From Alphaproteobacteria bacterium (GTDB taxonomy: Bacteria; Pseudomonadota; Alphaproteobacteria; Bin65): a stretch of DNA of 64,000 bases. This document shows positions 9,865-18,356 of the stretch, piece after piece. A program made the position numbers and the translations under genes. The notes below the pieces were generated by a model, which searched no databases, had not been told where the DNA came from, and was given only the letters and a program-made list of their open reading frames with translations. The stretch lies in the NCBI GenBank assembly GCA_965220685.1, contig CBDCQR010000004.1:14542-78541 (forward strand), read 5' to 3'. Within the stretch, counting starts at the first letter, position 1, and each line of letters starts with the position of its first letter.

Positions 9865-10632
9865 ATGCGGGATTCTGAATTCGCGGGCCGCACGGCCCTG
9901 GTGACGGGCGGGTCGCGCGGCATCGGCCGGGCGATCTGCCTGCGCCTCGCGGCGAGCGGCGCCCGGGTCGCCGTCAATTACGCGGCCAACCGCGAGGCGG
10001 CCGAGGAAACCCGCGCCGCGATCGAGGCCGGCGGCGGCACGGCGGCGATCTATCCCGCCGATGTCGGCGACCGGGCAGCGACCGAGGCGATGTTCGACGC
10101 CGTCGAGCGCGATCTCGGCCCGGTCGACCTGCTGGTCACCAACGCCGGCATCGCCCGCTCGGCCGATGCGCTGTCCATGACCGCCGAGACCTGGCACGAG
10201 ATCATGCGGGTCAATCTCGACGGCACCTTCCACGCCGTCTGGCGCGCCAAGGACGGCATGGTCGCGCGCGGCTTCGGCCGGATCGTCTGCATCTCCTCGG
10301 TGCTCGGCCTGGTGCCGAACCCGATCGCGACCGAGCGCATGTTCGCCTACGGCACCTCGAAGGCGGCGATCATCGGCTTCGTGCGTCAGTGCGCCGCCGC
10401 CCTCGGCCCGGCGGTGCGGGTCAACGGCGTCGCGCCCGGCTATGTCGAGACCGACATGACCGCCGACGTTTCGGACGAGGCGCACGAACGGCTGACCGCC
10501 GCGGCGGCCCTCAGGCGCTTCGGCCAGCCGGAGGAGATCGCCGAACTGGTCCACTTCCTGCTGAGCGAGCGCTCCAGCTTCACCACCGGCCAGACCCACA
10601 TCGCCGACGGCGGCTACAAGTTCGTGCCGTAG
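9865..10632 (+). CDS. SDR family oxidoreductase (FabG-like)
   Basis: [16 protein letters not shown] (YxxxK), VNGVAPG. Confidence 0.9.
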   Translation: MRDSEFAGRTALVTGGSRGIGRAICLRLAASGARVAVNYAANREAAEETRAAIEAGGGTAAIYPADVGDRAATEAMFDAVERDLGPVDLLVTNAGIARSADALSMTAETWHEIMRVNLDGTFHAVWRAKDGMVARGFGRIVCISSVLGLVPNPIATERMFAYGTSKAAIIGFVRQCAAALGPAVRVNGVAPGYVETDMTADVSDEAHERLTAAAALRRFGQPEEIAELVHFLLSERSSFTTGQTHIADGGYKFVP

Positions 10633-10645
10633 CGCAGCGCGCGGC

Positions 10646-10984
10646 CTACTCCAGCACCGGCTCGGCGAGCGCCCAGGCGCCTTGCGGGTCTTCGATTTCG
10701 ACCACCCAGAGGTCCGGGTCGTAGCCGCGCTGGCGAGCGATGTAGGCGTCGGCGTCGGCCTCCGGCACCGGATCGTCGCCGGTGCCGCGCCGCCATGCCC
10801 GGCCGCCGTCCGGCGACCCCGTGGGCACATAGACGGTGCAACCGGCATCGATCCGGTTGTGCTTGATCAGGATGGCGCCGGCATGCTCGTCGCCCCGGCG
10901 CACCAGGTAGGCGTCGATGCCGTTGACCCGGCAGCGCCGGATTTCCGCATCGACCCAGATCGCCGCCTTGATGCGGGGGATCAT
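10646..10984 (-). CDS. DUF1491 family protein
   Basis: RIKAAIWV.A.IRR, RRGDEHAGAILIK, YDPDLWVVEIED. Confidence 0.8.
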   Translation of the reverse strand: MIPRIKAAIWVDAEIRRCRVNGIDAYLVRRGDEHAGAILIKHNRIDAGCTVYVPTGSPDGGRAWRRGTGDDPVPEADADAYIARQRGYDPDLWVVEIEDPQGAWALAEPVLE

Positions 10985-11005
10985 GGCCGGGGTGTGCGGC
11001 CGCAT

Positions 11006-11108
11006 CCCTCGATACGGCCCTCCGGGCCTACTCGGGATGAGGGGAAATGTGAGGAAACCCCAAACCTCTCCCTCACCCTGAGTAGCCGCGAAGCGGCGTA
11101 TCGAAGGG
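11006..11108. repeat. REP/MITE-like palindromic element, family A
   Basis: CCCTCGATACG..CTACTCGGGATGAGG...CCTCACCCTGAGTAG..CGTATCGAAGGG; further copies at 18221 and 57253. Confidence 0.8.
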
Positions 11109-11188
11109 CGGCGGGGGACGCCTCGCGGCGCCAACCGCTGAACCCCGATGGCCGATAATTCCGGCTGACTCTTGCAGGCAACACGCCC

Positions 11189-12373
11189 CTAGATCACCCC
11201 GTCCGCGCGCAAGGCGGCGATCTTCGAGGCGCCGTAGCCCAGCCCTTCGAGAACGCTCTCCGTATCGGCGCCCAGGCCGGGCGCCGGGCGGGCGGGGGCC
11301 GGCTCGGCGGTGCGCACCGGCGGCGCGACCAAGCGATAGGGGCCGTCGGCGCTGTGCTCCACGGTCTGGAGACGGCCGGTCTCGGCGACATAGGGGTTGT
11401 CGAGGGCGGCGGCGACATCGTTGACCGGGGCGGCCGGCACGACGCCGGCGAAGCGTTCCAGCCAGTCGGCGGTGGTGCCGGCCTGCAGGGCATCGTCCAG
11501 CATCCCGGTGATCAGGTCCCGGTTCTCCAGCCGGTCCGGGAAGCGCCGGAAGCGCGGGTCGCCGGCCCATTCCGGCCGGCCGACGGCGCCGCACAGGGCA
11601 GGCCAGAACTTCTCCTTGTTGCACATCAGGAAGATCCAGCCGTCCGCCGTCCTGTAGAGCTGGCAGGGCGTGAGCGACGGGTGGGCCGAGCGCGGCAGGC
11701 GCGGCTGGTTGAAGCCCGCGTTGAGATACCAGGCCGCCAAGTAGCCGGTGTTGTGCAGCGCGACGTCGAACAGGCTGACGTCGATATCCTGCCCCTGCCC
11801 GCTCGCCCGCGCGCCGGTCAGGGCCGCCAGCAGGGCATAGGCCATGGCGAGACCGGTCATCATGTCGACGACGGAGAGGCCAAAGCGCGACGGCGCGCCC
11901 TCCGGCTCGCCGGTCAGGGCGAAATAGCCGGCCTCGGCCTGCATGACATAGTCGAAGCCCGGCCAGGCGGCGCGCGGCCCGTCGCGCCCGTAGGCCGAGA
12001 GATGGGCGCACACGATCTGCGGGTTCGCCGCCTTCAGATGGGCGTAGGTCAGGCCCAGCTTCTCCGGCACGTCGCCGCGCATGTTGCTCGCCAGCGCATC
12101 GGCCGAGCGCACCAGGTCGTGCAGCACGGGCCGGGCCTCGGGCCGGCTCAGGTCCAGCGTCAGGCTTTTCTTGTTGCGGTTGAAGCTGTGGAAGAACTGG
12201 CTGTCGCCGGAGGGAAAGAAATACGGCCCGACGGTGCGCGCCATGTCGCCGCCGTCGTTCGGGTTCTCGATCTTGACGACTTCGGCGCCCTGATCGGCGA
12301 GGAACATGGTGCCGAACGGCCCGGCGCCGTATTGCTCGACCGCGAGGACGCGGACTCCCTCGAGCGGCAGCAT
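11189..12373 (-). CDS. CaiB/BaiF family (class III) CoA-transferase
   Basis: LEGVRVLAVEQYGAGPFGTMFLADQGAEVVKIE, NRNKKSLTLDL, PGFDYVMQAEAG. Confidence 0.92.
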   Translation of the reverse strand: MLPLEGVRVLAVEQYGAGPFGTMFLADQGAEVVKIENPNDGGDMARTVGPYFFPSGDSQFFHSFNRNKKSLTLDLSRPEARPVLHDLVRSADALASNMRGDVPEKLGLTYAHLKAANPQIVCAHLSAYGRDGPRAAWPGFDYVMQAEAGYFALTGEPEGAPSRFGLSVVDMMTGLAMAYALLAALTGARASGQGQDIDVSLFDVALHNTGYLAAWYLNAGFNQPRLPRSAHPSLTPCQLYRTADGWIFLMCNKEKFWPALCGAVGRPEWAGDPRFRRFPDRLENRDLITGMLDDALQAGTTADWLERFAGVVPAAPVNDVAAALDNPYVAETGRLQTVEHSADGPYRLVAPPVRTAEPAPARPAPGLGADTESVLEGLGYGASKIAALRADGVI

Positions 12374-12378
12374 GGCGG

Positions 12379-13530
12379 CTACACCGGGTTCCGCGCGATC
12401 AGCTGCTTCGCGATGATCAGGCGCTGCAATTCGTTGGTGCCCTCGCCGATCGCCAGCAACGGCGCATCGCGGTAGTAGCGCTCGATATCGAACTCCGTGG
12501 AATAGCCGTAGGCGCCGTGGATGCGCATGGCCTCCAGGCTGTTCTCGACCGCCGCCTCGGTGGCGTAGAGCTTGGCCATGCCGGCTTCCATGTCGCAGCG
12601 TTCGCCCCGGTCGTAGGCCTGCGCCGCCGCGCCGGTGAGCAGCCGCGCCGCCTCGACCCGGGTCGCCATGTCGGCGAGCTTGATCTGGATCGCCTGGTGC
12701 TCGGCGATCGGCTTGCCGAATGTCTTGCGCACCTGCGCGTATTCGACCGCCTTTTCCAGGCAGACCCGGGCGATGCCGACGCCGCGCGCCGCGACGTTGA
12801 TGCGGCCCAGTTCGAGGCCGGCGAGGATCTGCTGGAGGCCGCGGCCTTCCTCGCCGCCGACAAGATTGTCGAACGGCACCTGGCAATCGTCGAAGATCAC
12901 CTGCCCGGTATCGACGCCGCGATAGCCCAGCTTCTTCAATTTGCCGGTTTCGACGCCTTCGCCCTGCTCGACCAGCAGCAGGCTCATCCCCCTGTGGCGC
13001 GGCTCGGCCCCGGAATCGGTCTTGACCAGCACGGCGAGGATATCGCCCTCGACGCTGTTGGTGATCCAGGTCTTGGTGCCGTTGACGAGATAGGCGTTGC
13101 CCTTGCGCTCCGCCCTTGTGCGCACGGCCTGGAGATCGGTGCCGCAGTCCGGCTCGGTGAGCGCGATGCCGCCGCGCAGTTCGCCGGTCGCGAATTTCGG
13201 CAGCCAGCGATGCTTCTGCTGGTCGGTGCCGAAGCGCTGGACCGCCGCCGCCATGATGAGATGGGAGTTGACGATGCCGGAGATCGACATCCAGCCCGCG
13301 GTGATCCGCTCGATGATCGCCGAATAGGTCGCCGCCGACAGGCCGAGCCCGCCGTACTCCGGCGCGATGGTGGCGCCGAACAGGCCGAGTTCCTTCATGT
13401 CCTCGACGATGGCGTGGGGGTATGCGTCCTTCGCTTCGAGATCGTGGGCGACCGGCAGGATGCTGCGCTCGACGAAGCGGTCGATGGCGTCGAGGATGGC
13501 GGCGTCGCCGTCGGGACCGGGCGCGTTCAT
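12379..13530 (-). CDS. Acyl-CoA dehydrogenase
   Basis: ALTEPDCGTD, NGTKTWITN, HQAIQIKLADM, HGAYGY, IGEGTNELQR. Confidence 0.92.
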   Translation of the reverse strand: MNAPGPDGDAAILDAIDRFVERSILPVAHDLEAKDAYPHAIVEDMKELGLFGATIAPEYGGLGLSAATYSAIIERITAGWMSISGIVNSHLIMAAAVQRFGTDQQKHRWLPKFATGELRGGIALTEPDCGTDLQAVRTRAERKGNAYLVNGTKTWITNSVEGDILAVLVKTDSGAEPRHRGMSLLLVEQGEGVETGKLKKLGYRGVDTGQVIFDDCQVPFDNLVGGEEGRGLQQILAGLELGRINVAARGVGIARVCLEKAVEYAQVRKTFGKPIAEHQAIQIKLADMATRVEAARLLTGAAAQAYDRGERCDMEAGMAKLYATEAAVENSLEAMRIHGAYGYSTEFDIERYYRDAPLLAIGEGTNELQRLIIAKQLIARNPV

Positions 13531-14051
13531 GAGGATCGGGCGAGCCGGTCGTCGACGCCGAAGCCGCGCCTGGGCACGAGCATGGAGCGCCGGTAGGTCA
13601 TGAACACCGTGCCGTCGGCCTTCGTGCCGGTGGTGCTGGCGATCACGATCCCCTGGTTGGGCCGCGATTGCGATTCGCGCTTCTCCAGCACCTCGGATTC
13701 GGCATAGATCGTGTCGCCGACGAAGACCGGGGCGGTGAGCCGGATATCGGTCCAGCCCAGGTTGGCGACGGCCTTCTGGCTGAGGTCGCTGACGCTCATC
13801 CCGGCGACGATGGAGAGGGTGAGCGCGCTGTTGACCAGCAGCTTCCCGAATTCGCTGTGCTGCGCATACTCCGCATCGAAATGGATCGGATGCGTGTTCA
13901 TGGTGAGCAGCGTGAACCAGGTGTTGTCGGCCTCGCTGATCGTCCGGCCGGGCCGGTGCTCATAGATGTCGCCGACCGTGAAATCCTCGTAGTAGCGCCC
14001 GGCGGACTCGCGGAACCGGCCGGCCGCCACCTCTTCCATCGTCGCGATCAT
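13527..14051 (-). CDS. MaoC family (R)-specific enoyl-CoA hydratase/dehydratase
   Basis: GRYYEDFTVGDIYEHRPGRTISEADN, MNTHPIHFD, PVFVGDTIYAESEVLEKRES. Confidence 0.88.
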   Translation of the reverse strand: MIATMEEVAAGRFRESAGRYYEDFTVGDIYEHRPGRTISEADNTWFTLLTMNTHPIHFDAEYAQHSEFGKLLVNSALTLSIVAGMSVSDLSQKAVANLGWTDIRLTAPVFVGDTIYAESEVLEKRESQSRPNQGIVIASTTGTKADGTVFMTYRRSMLVPRRGFGVDDRLARSS

Positions 14052-14056
14052 GCCGC

Positions 14057-15472
14057 TTACCCGGCGACGGCGCGGATTGCCGGTTCCCCGGCCGGCTGCG
14101 GCGCCGAGAGCCGGAGCACGGCGGAAACGTCGCCGGCTTTCTCCAGCGCCAGCAGGCCGTCGGCGAAGGCCGCGCGGTCCGCCGGCTCCAGATAGGGCGC
14201 CACCAGCCCGTCGAACTTGGTGCGCAGCTCGTCCTCGGTCAGGAAGTTGTCCGGCTCGCCCTTGGGCACGGCGACGAAATCCTCGAACGCGCCGGCCGGG
14301 GTCGTCACCTTCACCGTGGCGGCGAGGTTGGCCGGATATTCGGCCTCCGCCCGCGCATCGACGACCGGGCGGACCTTGCGGTACAGCGCCTTCGCCTGCT
14401 CGTCGGCCAGCAGCGGTTCGTAATCGTCCCACACCAGCCCGCCGTTGATCAGGGCGGCGGCGGCGACGAAGGGCATGGAGAACTGGCCGTCGACGATGCC
14501 TTGCGGGTTCCGCTTGTCGGCGAGCGGGTCGGCGACGATCTTCCAGCCGGTCTCGGGCAGGCCGACCTCGATCTCCTGCACATCCCCGGGCCGGAGGCCG
14601 TGCTTCGCGCGCAGGCCGATGATCGCGTCCATCGCGGCGTGGCCGTAGCGGCAGGACGGGTAGGGCTTGACGGCGATCTGCATGGTCTCCCATTCCGCGC
14701 CAAGGCTGGCGACCGCCTTCGCCGGGTCCGGATCCGGCGCGTGGCTGGCAAGGAAGCCGGCCTTGCCCTCGAAGGCCTGCGCCGGGCCGCGATAACCCTC
14801 GGCGGCCAGGGTCGCCGCCATCAGGCCGCACATGGCGGCGTGGCCGACATGGGAGCGCTTGGTCCAGGCGCCGTCGGCGAGGAACTGCATCGAGCCGGCG
14901 GCCTGGCTGAGGCAGATGCCGAAGGCGCTCTCGATCTGCGCAGCGTCGAGGCCCAGGACGTTGCCCACGGCCGCCGCCGCGCCGAACGCGCCGCAGGTCG
15001 CCGTGGGATGGAAGCCGCGTTCGTAATGGTCGCTGGGGCCGAGCGCGAGGCTGAGCCGGATCTGGACCTCGTAACCCGCGACGATGGCGGCGATGGTTTG
15101 CGCACCGCTCGCGCCGGCCTCTTCCGCCGCGGCGAGCGCCGCCGGCACGATGGGCGCGCTGGCGTGGATCGAGCCGCGGGCGTGGGTGTCGTCGAAATCC
15201 AGCGAATGGGCGAGCGCGCCGTTGACCAGCGCCGCGCCGGCCGCCGTGTAGCGCTCCGGATCGCCGATCGCCGTCGCCGCGCCGCCCGTCATGCCGAGGC
15301 GCTTTACCGCCGCAATCAGGCTGTCGGTCGATTCGGCGTCCCGGCGCGCGCGCAGGGCGATGCCGAGCGTGTCGAAGACCAGCAGCTTGGCGCGCCGGGC
15401 AACCTCCGGCGGCAGATCGCTGTAGGAGAGGCCGGCGGCGAATTCCGCCGCGGTGCGGGTGACGGAGGACAT
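14057..15472 (-). CDS. MmgE/PrpD family protein
   Basis: AHSLDFDDTH, GFHPT, KPYPSCRYGH, PKGEP. Confidence 0.9.
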   Translation of the reverse strand: MSSVTRTAAEFAAGLSYSDLPPEVARRAKLLVFDTLGIALRARRDAESTDSLIAAVKRLGMTGGAATAIGDPERYTAAGAALVNGALAHSLDFDDTHARGSIHASAPIVPAALAAAEEAGASGAQTIAAIVAGYEVQIRLSLALGPSDHYERGFHPTATCGAFGAAAAVGNVLGLDAAQIESAFGICLSQAAGSMQFLADGAWTKRSHVGHAAMCGLMAATLAAEGYRGPAQAFEGKAGFLASHAPDPDPAKAVASLGAEWETMQIAVKPYPSCRYGHAAMDAIIGLRAKHGLRPGDVQEIEVGLPETGWKIVADPLADKRNPQGIVDGQFSMPFVAAAALINGGLVWDDYEPLLADEQAKALYRKVRPVVDARAEAEYPANLAATVKVTTPAGAFEDFVAVPKGEPDNFLTEDELRTKFDGLVAPYLEPADRAAFADGLLALEKAGDVSAVLRLSAPQPAGEPAIRAVAG

Positions 15473-15573
15473 GGGAATACTCCCCGATCGTCGGTTTCGT
15501 TCGGCTGCCCGACCATACCATGCGGGCCGGATCGTTCGACCCTCTTTGTCTGTCGCAGGATCCGGCTTGCCGT

Positions 15574-16248
15574 TCAGGCCGGCGGCAGCGCGATTCCGAA
15601 ATGCCGCTCGAGGATATCGGCGATCAGTTCGTAGCAGGAGCCGACGCGCACGACCTCCAGCGTCATCACGTTGAGCAGGGTCGAGGACGCCCTGTAGGGA
15701 TGGTATTTGCGCAGGCCGTGATCGATCACGATGTCGGCGATGCCGGAAATTTCCGGCTCGATATCCTCGACCCGGAACTTGGTGCCCTTGAGCGACAGGT
15801 TGGCCGACGAGCCGAACAGGGGATGGCCCTCTTCCCGGCTCAGGCGGGAGATTTCCCGGTGGAACGGGCCGGCGTTGAGCAGCATGACGACGGTGCCGTC
15901 CTTCTGGCTGGTGGCGATGGCTTCGCGCGGCAGCTTTGCGAGCAGGGGATGGTCCATGCGCGCCGACGCGATGGCGCCGAGCGGCAGATCGTAATCCTCC
16001 GTGATGCAGGCGACGATCTCGGCGCCGCGCCGGTCGACGACATGGACCTCGCGGTGGATGGCGTTGTCGGCCACCATGGCGTTGAGCTTTGCGGGCGCGC
16101 GCCGCTTGGCCTCGAAAATCCGGCGCAGCGCCGCAGCGCTGCCGCCGATGATCGAATAGCCGACATCCATCGGCAGGATGGCGATGCCGCCGCCTTTGAT
16201 GACATCGAAAGCCCGCCGCGCATCGCCGGCGATATCCGGTCTCGCCAT
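15574..16248 (-). CDS. Non-canonical Sua5/YrdC/YciO family protein (copy 1)
   Basis: GGIAILPMDVGYSI, AKRR (KxR), GSSAN (SxN), SSTLLNV. Confidence 0.7.
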   Translation of the reverse strand: MARPDIAGDARRAFDVIKGGGIAILPMDVGYSIIGGSAAALRRIFEAKRRAPAKLNAMVADNAIHREVHVVDRRGAEIVACITEDYDLPLGAIASARMDHPLLAKLPREAIATSQKDGTVVMLLNAGPFHREISRLSREEGHPLFGSSANLSLKGTKFRVEDIEPEISGIADIVIDHGLRKYHPYRASSTLLNVMTLEVVRVGSCYELIADILERHFGIALPPA

Positions 16249-16359
16249 GGTTCTTCGCTCCATCGCCTGTGGGCGCCCGCCGCGGGCCTTGTGCAATTGC
16301 GCCGCCGCCCTATTGTGGCGCCGCCCCGAAAGGATCGGGGCGCAACAGGGAGGAGCGGC

Positions 16360-17058
16360 GTGTTCGATGGCCGGCCCATCGCGGAAGACGCAGCGCGCAT
16401 TTTCGACACCGTCCGCAGCGGCGGCGTCGCGATCTTTCCGGTCAGCGTCGGCTACGCCATTGTCGGCCACGAGGAAGAATCCGTCCAGCGCATGTACCGC
16501 GCCAAGGAGCGGCCGTTCAGCAAGCCGTGCGGCAACTTCTGCGACTGGCAGCTCTTCACCGAGGCGATCCGGGTGCCGGACCGGGCGCGCGACGCGGTGA
16601 GCACCGTGATCCACGAACATGACCTGCCCTTCTCCATCGTCGCGCCGTTCGACGAGAGCCACCCGGTGATCCGCAGCCTGCCGCCGTTTGCGCTGAAGAA
16701 CGCCACCTTGGCCGGCACGATGGACATGCTGCTCAACGCCGGCCCCCTGCACGACGAGATCGCCCGGCTGGCGCGCGAGAACGCCTATGCCGTGATCGGC
16801 TCGTCGGCCAACCGCTCCGGCACCGGCAGCAAGTTCGTCTACGAGGATATCGAGGCGCAGGTGACGGCGGCGGCCGACCTCTCGGTCGATTACGGCCTGA
16901 CGCCGTTCCACAACGACAGGGGGCTCGGCAGCTCCATCGTCGACCTGATCTCGTGGGAGACCATCCGGGTCGGCGCCGCCTATGACGAAATCTGCGATAT
17001 CCTGCGCGACGGCTTCGATATCGACCTCAAGGCCGTCATGGCCGCGAAAGGAAACTGA
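16360..17058 (+). CDS. Non-canonical Sua5/YrdC/YciO family protein (copy 2)
   Basis: GTG start after GGAGG; GGVAIFPVSVGYAI, AKER, GSSAN, SSIVDL; paralogue of 15574-16248. Confidence 0.72.
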   Translation: MFDGRPIAEDAARIFDTVRSGGVAIFPVSVGYAIVGHEEESVQRMYRAKERPFSKPCGNFCDWQLFTEAIRVPDRARDAVSTVIHEHDLPFSIVAPFDESHPVIRSLPPFALKNATLAGTMDMLLNAGPLHDEIARLARENAYAVIGSSANRSGTGSKFVYEDIEAQVTAAADLSVDYGLTPFHNDRGLGSSIVDLISWETIRVGAAYDEICDILRDGFDIDLKAVMAAKGN

Positions 17059-17060
17059 CC

Positions 17061-17765
17061 ATGGACCGCGAACTGGACGATCTTCAGACGAAACTCAAGG
17101 ACGCCTTCGCCGCCGCGACGGCGCTCTACCGGGAGCGCGGCTTCCAGCGCCGCATCGGCTTCGGCCGCAAGCCGGCGCTGATCAACGTCGACCTCGCCAA
17201 CGCCTGGACCCGGCCGGGCTATCCCTTCACCTGCGAGGGCATCGACGACCGGATCATCCCGGCGACCCGCAGGCTGATCGACGCCTGCCGCGAGAACGGC
17301 CATCCGGTGGTCTACACCACGGTCTGCTACCAGAACCCGGACCCGGACGACCCGCGCACCGACATGGGCCTGTGGCACTACAAGATCCCGATCGAGATCG
17401 CCGACCAGAAGAATGAGGACATCTGGGCGATCGACAGCCGCATCGCGCCGATCGACGGCGAGCAGGTGATGATCAAGAAGCGGGCGAGCGCCTTCCACGG
17501 CACCTATCTCGCCGGCTGGCTGCGCGCCGCCGGGGTCGATACCATCCTGGTCACCGGCGTCACCGCCTCGGCCTGCGTGCGCGCGACGGTCACCGACGGG
17601 CTGGCCGAGGGCTTCCGCCCGATCGCCGTGCGCGAGGCCATCGGCGACCGCATTCCCGGCGCCACCGAATGGAACCTGTTCGACATCGACGCCAAGTTCG
17701 GCGACGTGGAGCCGCTGGAGGCGTGCCTGGCCTATCTGAGGTCGGTGAATTTCAGGAACGATTGA
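17061..17765 (+). CDS. N-carbamoylsarcosine amidase (isochorismatase/cysteine hydrolase family)
   Basis: YRERGFQRRIGFGRKPALINVDLANAWT, DMGLWHYKIP, KKRASAF, TASACVR, WNLFDIDAKFGDVE closely follow the Arthrobacter CSHase pattern as I recall it. Confidence 0.82.
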   Translation: MDRELDDLQTKLKDAFAAATALYRERGFQRRIGFGRKPALINVDLANAWTRPGYPFTCEGIDDRIIPATRRLIDACRENGHPVVYTTVCYQNPDPDDPRTDMGLWHYKIPIEIADQKNEDIWAIDSRIAPIDGEQVMIKKRASAFHGTYLAGWLRAAGVDTILVTGVTASACVRATVTDGLAEGFRPIAVREAIGDRIPGATEWNLFDIDAKFGDVEPLEACLAYLRSVNFRND

Positions 17766-17830
17766 TCAGGGTGAGCGGCGGTGAAGCGTTCCGCGGCCAC
17801 GACGCTCCGGCATTCCGTTATCGATAGACA

Positions 17831-17938
17831 TGCCGCCCCGGACGGCCGCAGGCCGATCCGGGGCCCAGTGCCGACCCGAAAATCCTGCGCCCGTGGCTCT
17901 GGTCCCCGGATTTCCGCTGCGCTCCATCCGGGGTGGCA
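17831..17938. repeat. REP/MITE-like palindromic element, family B
   Basis: Terminal inverted repeats TGCCGCCCCGGA...TCCGGGGTGGCA; second copy at 54060-54159. Confidence 0.8.
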
Positions 17939-17982
17939 CGGCGGGATTTATTGGCGCGTTGTGGCCACGGACTAAGCGTGGC

Positions 17983-18177
17983 TTAGCTGCGGCGAGCGGC
18001 GCGAAGAGCCGGCGTCCGTTTTCCGTCCCGCCTTCGCCGCATCGCCTCAGCGTCGTCCTGCGCCTGCTGCGCAGCGAGATCCTGCTCGGTCGTCGCGTCG
18101 AGAATCGCATGATCGACCCGGCCTTCGGGCAGGCTGCGCGGGTCGTCGGGGTCAATCCTGACGCGCGTCTTGCTCAT
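17983..18177 (-). pseudogene. Truncated XRE/HTH antitoxin-like gene
   Basis: MSKTRVRIDPDDP.SLPEGRVD.A.LDATTE..LAAQQ..DDAEAM resembles the N-terminus of an HTH antitoxin family, but the HTH is absent; lies between two repeat elements. Confidence 0.45.
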
Positions 18178-18220
18178 GGTTCCGAAGTTCCTTCCGGTCG
18201 GCCTTGCGGGCCGGGATGAG

Positions 18221-18338
18221 GCGTCCCTCGATACGGCGCTGGCGCGCCTACTCGGGATGAGGGCAAAATTAGTATTGCTCCTCACCCTGAGTAGCCGCCG
18301 GAGCCGGCGCACCGAAGGGCGGGGCGTACCGAAGGGCG
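18221..18338. repeat. REP/MITE-like palindromic element, family A
   Basis: Closely similar to the reverse complement of 57253-57382. Confidence 0.8.
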
Positions 18339-18356
18339 AGTGCCGCGACCAGCCCC

